A stretch of 64,000 bases of DNA from an uncultured delta proteobacterium (GTDB lineage Bacteria; Desulfobacterota; Binatia; JACPRU01), in contig CAVUWD010000013.1 of NCBI GenBank assembly GCA_963745025.1, forward strand, positions 320,001 to 384,000, written 5' to 3'. Made by a program: the position numbers and the translations under genes. Positions 48,493-58,023 of the stretch are shown piece by piece (position 1 is the stretch's first letter; the number at the start of each line of letters is the position of its first letter). Below the pieces are notes generated by a model. It did not search any database, was not told the DNA's origin, and saw only the letters and a list, made by a program, of their open reading frames with translations.

Positions 48493-50943
48493 ATGGCCAA
48501 TACCTTTCCCACCAGCGCCCACGTCGTCGTCGTCGGTGGTGGGGTCATCGGCGGCTCCGTCGCCTACCACCTCACGAAGCTGGGATGGAAGGACGTGGTG
48601 CTGCTGGAACGCAAGCAGCTCAGCTGCGGGACGACGTGGCACGCCGCCGGTTTGCTCACCACTCTGCGCGACACCGAAGCGCAGACCCGGCTCGCCAAGT
48701 ACACGCAGGATCTCTATCGCCGGCTCGAAGCCGAAACGGGCCAAGCAACCGGCATCATCAACTGCGGCTCGATCCAGCTCGCGATGACGGACGACAAGGC
48801 GCACGAGATGCGGCGCGGATGCGCGATGGCGCGTTGCTTCGGCGTCGAGAATCGCGAGATCAGCGCCGCCGACGTGCAGGCGATGTGGCCGCTGGCGGAG
48901 GTCTCCAACGTCAAGGCGGCGTTTCATTTCCCGCACGACGGGCGGGTCAACCCGACCGACGTGGCGCAAGCGCTGGTCAAGGGCGCCCGCATGGGCGGGG
49001 TGCGCATTTTCGAGCAGACCAAGGTCATCGGCATCGAGCGGCGGCAGGGCAGGGTCACGGGGGTCCGCACCGATCGCGGCGATATCCAGACGGAATACGT
49101 CGTGAACTGCGCCGGAATGTGGGCCCGCGAAGTGGGCAGAATGGCCGGCGTCAATGTGCCGCTGCAGGCCTGCGAGCACTACTACCTGATCTCGGAACCC
49201 ATCGAGGGCGTGCACAACATGCTGCCCATCCTGCGCGACCCCGGCAACGCCGCTTACATCCGTGAGGAGGCCGGCAAGATCATGCTGGGCTTCTTCGAAC
49301 CCATCGCCAAACCCTGGGGCATCGACGGCATCCCCGAGGAGTTCTGCTTCAACGACATCCCGGCCGACTGGGACCGCATGATGCCCTACGTGGAACGCGC
49401 CATGCGGCGCGTGCCGTGCCTGATGGACCATGGTATCAAGCTCCTCTTCTGCGGCCCGGAATCCTTCACCCCGGATCACAACTATCTGATGGGGCCGGCC
49501 CCCAATCTACAGAATTTCTTCGTTGCCGCTGGCATGAACTCGCTGGGGATCCTCTCCGGCGGCGGTGTCGGCATGGTGATGGCGCACTGGATCACCGAAG
49601 GCCTGCCGCCCATGGACATGTGGTCCGTCGATCTGCGGCGCGCGCATGCCTGGCAGGACAACGATCGCTACCTGCGCGATCGCATGGTGGAATCGCTCGG
49701 CATCGGTTACCAGGATCACTGGCCGAACCGCCAGTGGACCACGGCGCGCGGCGTGAAGAAGAGCATCCTGCACGATCGCCTGGCAGCTGCCGGCGCCTGT
49801 TTCGGCGAGTCGGCCGGCTGGGAGCGTCCCAACTGGTACGCGCGGCCCGGACAGAAGGCCGAGTACGAGTACGCGTGGGGACGCCAGAACTGGTTCGAGA
49901 ACAACGCCGAGGAGCACCGCGCCGTGCGCGAGCAGGTGGGAGTGTTCGAGCAAACTTCGTTCTCGAAATTTCTGGTCCAGGGGCGCGATGCCGAGCGCGT
50001 GCTGAACAGGGTGGCAACGGCGAATCTGTCGGTGCCCGCGGGCAAGATCGTCTACACGCAGTTCCTGAACGAGCGCGGCGGCATCGAAGCCGATCTCACC
50101 GTGACGCGTCTCGTCGAGGACAGCTACCTGGTGGTGACCGCGGCCTTCACCCATACGCACGTCGAGGCGCTGATTCGCGCGCGGATTCCGAACGATGCCC
50201 ATTGCGTCGTCACGGACGTGTCGGGGGCCTACTCCATGCTCAATCTGCAGGGGCCCAACTCCCGCGCGCTCCTGGGGCGCCTGACCGGGCGCACACTGAG
50301 CAACGAGGAGTTCCCGTTCGGCACCAGCCAGCAACTGCAGGTCGGCTATCAGACCCTGCTGGCGCTGCGCATCACCTATGCCGGCGAACTGGGCTGGGAG
50401 CTCTATATTCCCACCGCCTTCACGCTGCCCGTCTACGATGCCCTGGTCGAGGCGGGACGCGACTTCGGCCTGCGCCACTGCGGCTACCACACGCTCAATT
50501 CCCTGCGCATCGAAAAGGCTTATCGTGAGTGGGGGCACGACATCGGGCCGCACGACACCCCGTTGGAAGCCGGGCTCGCCTTCACCTGCGCCTGGCAGAA
50601 GCCGGAGGGTTTCATCGGGCGCGAGGCCTTGCTGCGGCAGCGCGAGGTCGGCCCGCTCAAGCGCAGGCTAGTGCAGTTCGTGCTCGAAGACCCGGAGCCG
50701 TTGCTTTATCACAACGAGCCGATCTATCGCCATGGCGTGCTGAACAGCTATACGACCTCCGCCATGTACGGCCACACCTTGGGCGCGTCGGTGGCCATGG
50801 GCTACGTGGTCGACGAGCGCGGGGTCAGCGACGATTTCATCCTCGGCGGGCGCTACGAAATCGAGATCGGCAACACCCGTCATCCGGCACGGGCTTCGCT
50901 GGCGCCCCTCTACGACCCGAAATCCACCCGCGTCCGCGTCTGA
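48493..50943 (+). CDS. GcvT-family FAD-dependent N-demethylating dehydrogenase (sarcosine/dimethylglycine dehydrogenase-like)
   Basis: VGGGVIG, GTTWHAAG (covalent-FAD His), GPESFTPD, GWERPNW, YAGELGWELY, SLRIEKAY. Confidence 0.93.
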   Translation: MANTFPTSAHVVVVGGGVIGGSVAYHLTKLGWKDVVLLERKQLSCGTTWHAAGLLTTLRDTEAQTRLAKYTQDLYRRLEAETGQATGIINCGSIQLAMTDDKAHEMRRGCAMARCFGVENREISAADVQAMWPLAEVSNVKAAFHFPHDGRVNPTDVAQALVKGARMGGVRIFEQTKVIGIERRQGRVTGVRTDRGDIQTEYVVNCAGMWAREVGRMAGVNVPLQACEHYYLISEPIEGVHNMLPILRDPGNAAYIREEAGKIMLGFFEPIAKPWGIDGIPEEFCFNDIPADWDRMMPYVERAMRRVPCLMDHGIKLLFCGPESFTPDHNYLMGPAPNLQNFFVAAGMNSLGILSGGGVGMVMAHWITEGLPPMDMWSVDLRRAHAWQDNDRYLRDRMVESLGIGYQDHWPNRQWTTARGVKKSILHDRLAAAGACFGESAGWERPNWYARPGQKAEYEYAWGRQNWFENNAEEHRAVREQVGVFEQTSFSKFLVQGRDAERVLNRVATANLSVPAGKIVYTQFLNERGGIEADLTVTRLVEDSYLVVTAAFTHTHVEALIRARIPNDAHCVVTDVSGAYSMLNLQGPNSRALLGRLTGRTLSNEEFPFGTSQQLQVGYQTLLALRITYAGELGWELYIPTAFTLPVYDALVEAGRDFGLRHCGYHTLNSLRIEKAYREWGHDIGPHDTPLEAGLAFTCAWQKPEGFIGREALLRQREVGPLKRRLVQFVLEDPEPLLYHNEPIYRHGVLNSYTTSAMYGHTLGASVAMGYVVDERGVSDDFILGGRYEIEIGNTRHPARASLAPLYDPKSTRVRV

Positions 50944-50998
50944 GTGCGTTGCGTCGGCGGCCATGATATTCGAATAGCTGGGAGCGAGGAGACGCATC

Positions 50999-53035
50999 AT
51001 GTGGCGTGTCGGAATCGACGTCGGTGGAACCTTCACCGACCTCTTTGCTTGGGGCGACGATGCGCGGGCGCAGGTCAGCTCCAAGGTGCTCACCACCAAG
51101 CACGATCGCGCCGTCGGCGTGATCAACGCCATCCGTGAGGCGAAGATACCCTTCGATCGCATCTCGCATCTGATGCACGGCACGACCACGGCCACCAACG
51201 CGCTGATCGTGCGCGATTACCCCGACCCGGCAATGGTCACGACCGAGGGCTTTCGCGACACCATCGAGATCGGACGTCAGCACCGCGAGTTTCTCTACGA
51301 CCCCTACCAGACCAAGCCCAAGCCGATCATCAAGCGCCGCTACCGCTACACGGTCAACGAGCGGATGGACGTCCACGGCAAGGTCGTGCGGCCGCTGCAG
51401 CGGGCGGAGGCACTGGCGGTGGCCGAAAAGATCAAGACGCACGAGATCAAATCGGTGGCGGTGGCCTTCATCAATTCGTACAAGAACGGCGCCCACGAGC
51501 GCGAGATGCGCGACATCATCCGGGAGGTGACTCCCGACACCTACGTGGTGATTTCGTCGGAAACACGCCCGGTGTTTCGCGAGCATGGCCGCTTCACCAC
51601 CACCGCGATCCGCGCCGCCACGATCCCCGTGATGGAGGTCTATTTCAACAAGCTGGAAGCCGCGCTCAAAGCCGAGGGCTTCCGGGGCTCGCTGCTCATC
51701 CTGAAGAGCAGCGGCGGCATCACGGGCGTCGACTACGCCAAGCAGCATCCGGAGGAACTGATCGAATCCGGTCCCGCCGGAGGCGTGGCATACGCCGCGT
51801 ACCTGAGCAAGCTATTGCCAGCCTACCCTAACATCATCCACACCGACGTGGGCGGCACGAGCTTCGACGTCTCCATCGTCGAGGACGGCAAGGGCCTCAT
51901 CACGCGCGATCACGAGATCGAGTGGGAGATGCCCTGCATCGTGCCGATGCTGGACATCCACAGCGTGGGGGCCGGCGGCGGGTCCATCGGCTGGGTGGAC
52001 GAGGGCGGCTCGCTGCGGGTCGGACCGCGCAGTGCCGGCGCCAGCCCAGGACCGGCGTGCTACGGCCTCGGCGGCACCGAGGCCACCATCACCGACGCCA
52101 ACCTGCTGCTTGGCCGCATCGAACCGACACTGGGCGGCAAGATGACGCTGGACCGGGCCCGCGCGCAAGCGGCCACGGAACGCCTGGCCGGCGAGATCGG
52201 CCTGTCCCCGATCGAGACCGCCGACGGCATGATCCGCATCGGCTGCGAGAACATGGCCCAGGCGGTGAAAAAGGTGCTGGTTTCACGGGGCCGCGACCCG
52301 CGCGATTTCGTGCTGGCGAGCTTCGGCGGCGCGGGTGCCATGCACGCCTGCTTCGTGGCCGAGTCGATGAACATCCCGCGGGTGGTGATGCCGATCCATG
52401 CCGGCGTCGCCTCGGCTTTCGGTGCCACGGCCATGGACCTCCGCCACGACCTCGAGGCATTCTATTTCTCGCCCGTGGCGAACGCCGATTTGGAAGAGGT
52501 CAACGCGTTGTACTCGAGGCTGGAGGCGGAGGCGGTGCGCCTGCTCGAGGCCGACGGCGTCGGCCGCGAGGACATCGAGCTGCACCGCACGGCGCAGATG
52601 CGCTACGTCGGCCAGACCTACGAGGTGGAAACGCCGATGCCGGCCGGAAACCTGACGCCGGGTGCAGTGCCGGGGATCGTCGAGACCTTCCACCGCTGCC
52701 ACGAGCGGGAATACGGTGTGAGTTCGGACGATTTCGCACCGGCCCTGGTGTCGCTGGGCGTGACCGCGATCGGCCGCACGGAGTCCCCGCCCGCGGTCGA
52801 GATCGGCGGCGGCGGCAATCCGGTGAAAGGCGAGCGGCGGATCTATTTCAATCGCGAGTGGCATGTGAGCACGGTCTACGATGGCCACGCGTTGCCGCCC
52901 GACGCGACCCTGGCCGGGCCCTGCATCGTGGAGTATGAGCATGCCTGCGCGGTGTTGCCGCCGAACGCGGTTGCCACCGTCGACAGCTTCGGTAACTTGA
53001 TCATCGACATCAGCAACCTGACGTCCAACGAGTGA
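50999..53035 (+). CDS. Hydantoinase/oxoprolinase subunit A (ATP-binding)
   Basis: IDVGGTFTD, HGTTTATNA, SGPAGG, DVGGTSFD, GAGGGS, PGPACY, FGGAG. Confidence 0.95.
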   Translation: MWRVGIDVGGTFTDLFAWGDDARAQVSSKVLTTKHDRAVGVINAIREAKIPFDRISHLMHGTTTATNALIVRDYPDPAMVTTEGFRDTIEIGRQHREFLYDPYQTKPKPIIKRRYRYTVNERMDVHGKVVRPLQRAEALAVAEKIKTHEIKSVAVAFINSYKNGAHEREMRDIIREVTPDTYVVISSETRPVFREHGRFTTTAIRAATIPVMEVYFNKLEAALKAEGFRGSLLILKSSGGITGVDYAKQHPEELIESGPAGGVAYAAYLSKLLPAYPNIIHTDVGGTSFDVSIVEDGKGLITRDHEIEWEMPCIVPMLDIHSVGAGGGSIGWVDEGGSLRVGPRSAGASPGPACYGLGGTEATITDANLLLGRIEPTLGGKMTLDRARAQAATERLAGEIGLSPIETADGMIRIGCENMAQAVKKVLVSRGRDPRDFVLASFGGAGAMHACFVAESMNIPRVVMPIHAGVASAFGATAMDLRHDLEAFYFSPVANADLEEVNALYSRLEAEAVRLLEADGVGREDIELHRTAQMRYVGQTYEVETPMPAGNLTPGAVPGIVETFHRCHEREYGVSSDDFAPALVSLGVTAIGRTESPPAVEIGGGGNPVKGERRIYFNREWHVSTVYDGHALPPDATLAGPCIVEYEHACAVLPPNAVATVDSFGNLIIDISNLTSNE

Positions 53036-54864
53036 GTGAGGAGCCAGCCGAGATGGACAACAAGATCAAAGTCGATACTTCGGTCATCGCGCAAACCAAA
53101 GTCGATCTGGTCACCTTCGAAGTGCTCCGCAGCATTTTCGAGTATGCCAGCGACCGCATGTCGACGGTGCTCCGGCGCGCTTCCTTCTCGCCGATCCTCG
53201 CCGACATGGTCGACTTCTCGAACGCCATCTACGACTACGACTGCCAGCTGCTGTCGCAGGCGGCGAACTGCCCGATCCACCTCGCCGCGATGAAGTTCAG
53301 CGCCGAGGCCATCATCGCCAAGTTCGGCCTCGACGACATCCACGAAGGCGACATCGCGTGCGTCAACGATCCCTACAAGGGCGGCACGCACATCAACGAC
53401 ATGACCTTCCTGGCGCCCATCTATTACGACAAGGAGCTTCTCGGCTTCGCCGTGAGCCGCGGGCACTGGATGGACCTCGGTGGCGGCGCCGCCGGCGGCC
53501 AGGCCTTTACCGGCACGCACATCGCGGGCGAAGGCCTGCGCCTGCCGCCGATCAAGGTCTGCGAGCGGGGCCGGATGCGCGAGGACATCGTCGACATCCT
53601 GGTCAACAACACGCGCACGCCGCATTTCGTGAAGGGCGACCTCCAGGCGCATGTCGGCTGCCTGCGCGTGGGCGAACAGGAAATGCAGCGCGCGGCCGCG
53701 AAGTACGGCATCGTGACCGTCAAGGCGGCCATGAAGCAGTTACAGGCATACACGGAGCGGATCGTCCGCAAGAGCATCAGCGAGATTCCGGACGGCGTCT
53801 ACGAAGGCGAGGACTACGCCGACACCGACGGCTTCTCCGACCATCCGATCAAGATCAAGGTCAACCTCACGATCCAGGGCTCGGACATCCAGGTCGATTT
53901 CACCGGCAGCGAAAAGACGGTGAAGGGCGCCATCAATTCGCCCTACGCGAACACCGCCTCCGCGGTGCTCTATTCGCTGCAGTTCTTCCTCGCACCGCAT
54001 GCGCCGCAGAACCAGGGTATGTTCAATCCGATCCAGATCAAGATTCCGGAGAACTCCTGGCTCAACGCCAAGTGGCCGGCGCCGACCATCGGCTGCACCA
54101 CGCTGACCTCGGCGAAGATCACCAGCGCCATCTGGCAGGCGCTGTCCAAGGCGATTCCCGGTCGCGGCATGGGTTCCACCAATGCCGACTGCAACTGGTT
54201 CGTCTCCTCGGTGGTCGCACCCGATGGCTCGACCGACGTCTTCTCGGATCTGCCGGCTGGCGGTTGGGGCGGCAGCCCCTACAACGACGGCATGAACGTC
54301 ACCGAGGATCCGCTGGGTAACTGCATGAACATGCCGGCGGAAACGGCGGAACTCCTGTTTCCGATCGCCTATGAAGCCTTCGAACTGCGCCAGGACAGCG
54401 GTGGCCCGGGGTTCTACCGCGGCGGCTTGGGTGCGGTCTTCAAGGTTCGCTATCTCGCGGAAGGCGCGCTCAGCATGGAAACCGCGCGCACGCGCGAGGG
54501 CAGCCCGGGCGTTGCGGGCGGCGAGCGCTCGGATGTGCAGCGGCAGATCAAGATCCACACCGATGGCCGCCGCGAAGTGATCGGCGGTCTCGATGGCAAA
54601 GGCAACTGGAAGAACCCGCTACTGTGCTCGCATCCTTTCAGCTACGGTGAGACTTTCATGTTCGAGAGCACCGGCGGTGGCGGCTACGGCAAGGCCTTCG
54701 AGCGGGATGCCCAGGCGGTGTTGGAGGACGTGCTGGACGAGTACGTGTCGCTCGCCGCGGCGCGCGAGCGCTACGGCGTGGTCATCGATCCGGCGACGAT
54801 GCGCATCGACGAGGCGGCGACCGCGCGCCTCCGGGCCAGCATGGGCAGCAAAGCCGCCGCCTAG
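53032..54864 (+). CDS. Hydantoinase/oxoprolinase subunit B
   Basis: SFSPIL..DFS, PIHL, NDPYKGGTHIND, HWMDLGG, DSGGPG..RGG, TGGGGYG. Confidence 0.95.
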   Translation: MSEEPAEMDNKIKVDTSVIAQTKVDLVTFEVLRSIFEYASDRMSTVLRRASFSPILADMVDFSNAIYDYDCQLLSQAANCPIHLAAMKFSAEAIIAKFGLDDIHEGDIACVNDPYKGGTHINDMTFLAPIYYDKELLGFAVSRGHWMDLGGGAAGGQAFTGTHIAGEGLRLPPIKVCERGRMREDIVDILVNNTRTPHFVKGDLQAHVGCLRVGEQEMQRAAAKYGIVTVKAAMKQLQAYTERIVRKSISEIPDGVYEGEDYADTDGFSDHPIKIKVNLTIQGSDIQVDFTGSEKTVKGAINSPYANTASAVLYSLQFFLAPHAPQNQGMFNPIQIKIPENSWLNAKWPAPTIGCTTLTSAKITSAIWQALSKAIPGRGMGSTNADCNWFVSSVVAPDGSTDVFSDLPAGGWGGSPYNDGMNVTEDPLGNCMNMPAETAELLFPIAYEAFELRQDSGGPGFYRGGLGAVFKVRYLAEGALSMETARTREGSPGVAGGERSDVQRQIKIHTDGRREVIGGLDGKGNWKNPLLCSHPFSYGETFMFESTGGGGYGKAFERDAQAVLEDVLDEYVSLAAARERYGVVIDPATMRIDEAATARLRASMGSKAAA

Positions 54865-54903
54865 CTTAGACCAGGGAGCGGAGCTTCTGAGGAAGCTAGC
54901 CGT

Positions 54904-55284
54904 TCAGTTGGCGACCAGTCTTAGCCCGGCGGCGCGCGCGAAGTGGCGAAAATCGCGGTCGCGGGTGATGAGGCGGACCTTATGATCGAGGCAGCTCTGC
55001 GCAATCAGCGCGTCGCCGAGCCGGGCCCGGCGCTTGGCTGCGAGCACGCGGGCGCGCAGCGCTCCCGCACGCTCCCAATACCCTTCGTTCACGCCAAGCA
55101 GCGGAACCTCCCGAAGGCGCGCAGCGACTTCGCTCGGCAGGAAGGGAGCGCTGAGCAATTCCGTCAGCACTACGGGCGGAAGGCAGAGCTGACGGTCTTC
55201 GAGGGCCGCCTCCATGACCTCGACGTCGTGCCCCGCGGCGCCCGACAGGTAGGCGACGACCGAGCTCGTGTCCCCTGCGATCAC
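54904..55284 (-). CDS. VapC-like PIN-domain toxin
   Basis: IAGDTS, VVLTELL, DALIAQSC, LITRDRDF. Confidence 0.88.
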   Translation of the reverse strand: MIAGDTSSVVAYLSGAAGHDVEVMEAALEDRQLCLPPVVLTELLSAPFLPSEVAARLREVPLLGVNEGYWERAGALRARVLAAKRRARLGDALIAQSCLDHKVRLITRDRDFRHFARAAGLRLVAN

Positions 55285-55487
55285 GAGCGGTCGTCGCGTA
55301 CGCGGCGCAGGTCGAGCGACAGCTTCACGCGCCCGCGGAGCTTGCGCAGATCCTCATAGGCGCGTCCCGCGGCGACGAGCTCGAGCCCCTGCCGGATCGT
55401 CTGGGTGATTCCCGCGCCCGTGGCCGCTTGCGCCTTGTGGAGGAGCTCCTCTGGAAGCTGGACCGTGATCTTGTGGGCAGCCTTCAT
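55281..55487 (-). CDS. VapB-like antitoxin (RHH-type)
   Basis: MKAAHKITVQLPEELLHKAQ..TIRQGLE..LRGRVKLSLDL; GTGA overlap with the PIN gene. Confidence 0.82.
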   Translation of the reverse strand: MKAAHKITVQLPEELLHKAQAATGAGITQTIRQGLELVAAGRAYEDLRKLRGRVKLSLDLRRVRDDRS

Positions 55488-55494
55488 GGCGGAG

Positions 55495-55523
55495 ACGGTA
55501 CCAGCACGGATACCATACTTCAA
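55495..55523 (-). promoter_or_regulatory. Putative sigma70 promoter giving a leaderless vapB mRNA
   Basis: TTGAAG-17 nt-TACCGT, then 7 nt to ATG; no Shine-Dalgarno; short inverted repeat CCATA/TATGG straddles the -35. Confidence 0.55.
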
Positions 55524-55721
55524 TATGGCGCCGGCCGGCCGGCGATTGATTTTGGCCCTGTGCGATGCATCCCCGCGGGCTCGCTCTCGCTACCCTCGGG
55601 GAAGTGCGCCGACGACAGGACCGGTGCGAATTTCGGATCGACGGGGCATCACGGCAATTTCGCATCGGGGCTAGGGACCGGGATACCCGATGCTGCTATA
55701 CGTCGGAGCGGAGGATCGGAC

Positions 55722-55886
55722 ATGGATCCGAGAGGCCGACTGCTCGACAAGGCGAAGGCCGGCCGCGACCGAGAAGAGAAGCGCCGCCTCGCGCTGGCGC
55801 TCGAGTGGTTCTATCTGTATTTCAACAAGCAAACCGATCTGGAGTTCGAGAGCGAGCTCGACCTCCGTCAGAAGGGACAGGCGTAG
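55722..55886 (+). CDS. Small hypothetical protein (54 aa)
   Basis: GGAGG RBS; MDPRGRLLDKAK..LALALEWFYLYFNKQTDLEFESELDL. Confidence 0.55.
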   Translation: MDPRGRLLDKAKAGRDREEKRRLALALEWFYLYFNKQTDLEFESELDLRQKGQA

Positions 55887-55918
55887 CCGCGCGGCTGCGC
55901 TCCCCGCGAAGGAAATTC

Positions 55919-56560
55919 ATGACTCCATTCATCGCCATCGCCGTCGCCTTTTGTGCCCTCGGGTTCACGCTGTTGTCTCTGCGCCGCGCGCAAGAAAAGA
56001 TCGAAGCGCTGGAGAGCGACATCGATGCCGTGGAAGGCCACAACCGGACTCTCCAGGAGCAGCGCGACACGCTGAAGAGCACGCTTGCGCAAACGTCGAC
56101 GGCGCTCGAGACGGCGAAGCAGCGAGTCGAGACGACCGAGGCGGAAAAGCAGGATCTCGAGAGGCAGCGGGCGGCGCTGGCGGAGACCGCGGCGCGCCTC
56201 GAGAAGGTGCGGGCCGAGCTGGAGAGTGAGCTCGGCAAGCTCCGCCGCGAGCATGAGTCACTCGAGCGACGGGTGGTCGACTTCCAGGGACAGTGGTCGC
56301 ATCAGCTGACCACGCTCGAGGCCGAGATTTCGACCCTCATCCGGCAGCTCGGCGAGTTCCGCAAAGGAACCCAACTGCCGCTTCCAAAGGCGGAGGCAAC
56401 GTTGCTGGCGTCTGCACAGGTGCCGGCTCCGGTCGCGGCTGCCGATCCCAGCTGGGCGCCCGCGGCGGCCGGCGGTCCCCGGCTCGCGGGTGCCCGGCCG
56501 CGCCCCGTCAATCCCGAGCCGGCTAGCCCCGATCCAGCCGCAGCTCGGCCACTCCGGTAA
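55919..56560 (+). CDS. Membrane-anchored coiled-coil protein
   Basis: AAGGA RBS, N-terminal TM FIAIAVAFCALGFTLLSL, ~130-aa heptad region, Pro/Ala tail. Confidence 0.75.
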   Translation: MTPFIAIAVAFCALGFTLLSLRRAQEKIEALESDIDAVEGHNRTLQEQRDTLKSTLAQTSTALETAKQRVETTEAEKQDLERQRAALAETAARLEKVRAELESELGKLRREHESLERRVVDFQGQWSHQLTTLEAEISTLIRQLGEFRKGTQLPLPKAEATLLASAQVPAPVAAADPSWAPAAAGGPRLAGARPRPVNPEPASPDPAAARPLR

Positions 56561-56933
56561 TCCGCCGCTCGCCGTCTTGCTCGAGGATGAGGTCGCACTC
56601 GAGCTCGACGGCGGCATCGCTGTCGCGTCGGTCGGTGACGAAGCCGCTGCAGACGATCGGCGTGCCGGGCTGGACGATGCCGCGAAACGTGACGCCGAGT
56701 TTTTCGAGCCGGGCCTCGGGAAGCCATTCGGTCAGCATCCGCGAGAGCAGGGCCATGCCCATGTTGCCCGGAAGGATCTGTCCGGGAAGGCCTTCCTTCC
56801 GCGCGACCTCGTCGCTGAAGAACCGTGCCCCAGGCATCTGCGCCGCGGTGGCGTAGCGGCGCACCTGATCGCCGGAGAGCACGATCTCGAGCCGCGGGAT
56901 CTCGTGGCCGATCTCGAGCGACCCGGCGCTCAC
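56523..56933 (-). CDS. MaoC-like hot-dog dehydratase subunit
   Basis: VRRYATA..FSDEVARKEGLPGQILPG..LGVTFRGIVQPG. Confidence 0.8.
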   Translation of the reverse strand: MSAGSLEIGHEIPRLEIVLSGDQVRRYATAAQMPGARFFSDEVARKEGLPGQILPGNMGMALLSRMLTEWLPEARLEKLGVTFRGIVQPGTPIVCSGFVTDRRDSDAAVELECDLILEQDGERRITGVAELRLDRG

Positions 56934-57376
56934 GTCTCCTCCTTCGGGCGCAGCATGAAGCGATTGTCGATCCTCGCCACCATCTCGCCGCGCTGGTTCG
57001 TCATCGTCTGACGCGAGACGATGAACACCATCGATCCGGTTCGTCCGGTCTTTTCGTAGACTTCGTGGAGGATGTTGCTCGCGTGGATGACGTCGCCAGC
57101 GCGGATGGGTGCGCCGAATTGAATGTCCTTTCCCGCATCGAAGCCGCGAAAGAACGCCTGGCGTGAAATGCTGGGATGAAAGAAGCGGTTGCCTCGGAAC
57201 CTCACGCAGAAAGTCGGCGGCGCGACCGGGTTGGGACCGAAATAGGCGGGGTGGGTTTCGCCGAGCGATTCGGCGTACTCGCGGATCTCCTCGGCCGTGA
57301 CGGGCGCCGACGTGCTCGAGTCGAATTCCGTGCCGATGAGCGACGGATCGAGGCCGAGAGGTAAGGTCTCGCTCAT
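56930..57376 (-). CDS. MaoC N-terminal-type (HadA-like) hot-dog subunit
   Basis: IREYAESLGETHP, APPTF, PIRAGDVI, KTGRTGSMVF, NQRGEMV. Confidence 0.85.
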   Translation of the reverse strand: MSETLPLGLDPSLIGTEFDSSTSAPVTAEEIREYAESLGETHPAYFGPNPVAPPTFCVRFRGNRFFHPSISRQAFFRGFDAGKDIQFGAPIRAGDVIHASNILHEVYEKTGRTGSMVFIVSRQTMTNQRGEMVARIDNRFMLRPKEET

Positions 57377-58023
57377 GGGCCCTTCAGTCGGTCGCGGAAG
57401 TCAAGCGCGCGGTAGCCGCCCTCGCGCAGCGCACGCACCAGATCTTCCTCGTCGCTCACCTCGCGCGGAAACTCCGTCGCGCAAATACCGATGAAGGAGA
57501 CGAGATGCGAGTCGCTACCGCCGATCGTGCCGTAGCCGTACTTCTTGACGAGATTTTCGACGCGCTCGTTCTCGCCCTTGCGGCTGCCGCCATTCAGGAT
57601 CTCGACCGCGCGCACGCCTTCGAGCGGCGGTTTGGTCTGGTAGTGCTCGCAGAGCCCGACGGTCGGTCGGCCCGGATGGCAAGGGACGGCGATGCCGCCG
57701 AGCTCCTCGACGTCGGTGATGAGCTCCTGGGCGGGCAGGCGCACGTTCGAGAAATCGAAGCGCTCCAGCATCGCATCGTTGACCCCGTAGACTAACACGT
57801 GACCGTAGTCGGTCTCGACCTCGGAGCCTTTGAAGATGCGGATGCCGTACTCGTCTTCGAGGTGCCGATAAACGCTGTCGCCATCGAACTGGCGGTGCTC
57901 CGTCAGCACCAGGCCGTCGATCGGCAACACCCCCTTCTTCTTCAACAGCCACTGCAGGTAACCGACGACCGTCGCGCGGCTGTCCTCGGACTTCTTGGAG
58001 TGGACGTGGAGATCCAGTATCAC
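57373..58023 (-). CDS. PHP-domain metallo-phosphoesterase-like protein
   Basis: DLHVHS, LTEH, GHVLVYG, CHP, VEILNG, GGSDSH. Confidence 0.9.
   Translation of the reverse strand: MILDLHVHSKKSEDSRATVVGYLQWLLKKKGVLPIDGLVLTEHRQFDGDSVYRHLEDEYGIRIFKGSEVETDYGHVLVYGVNDAMLERFDFSNVRLPAQELITDVEELGGIAVPCHPGRPTVGLCEHYQTKPPLEGVRAVEILNGGSRKGENERVENLVKKYGYGTIGGSDSHLVSFIGICATEFPREVSDEEDLVRALREGGYRALDFRDRLKGP

Noticed and set aside
55621-55693. Two mutually exclusive hairpins upstream of the 54-aa ORF as a riboswitch
   Set aside because: No recognisable aptamer or terminator, and a likely -10 lies downstream of them, so they may not be transcribed.
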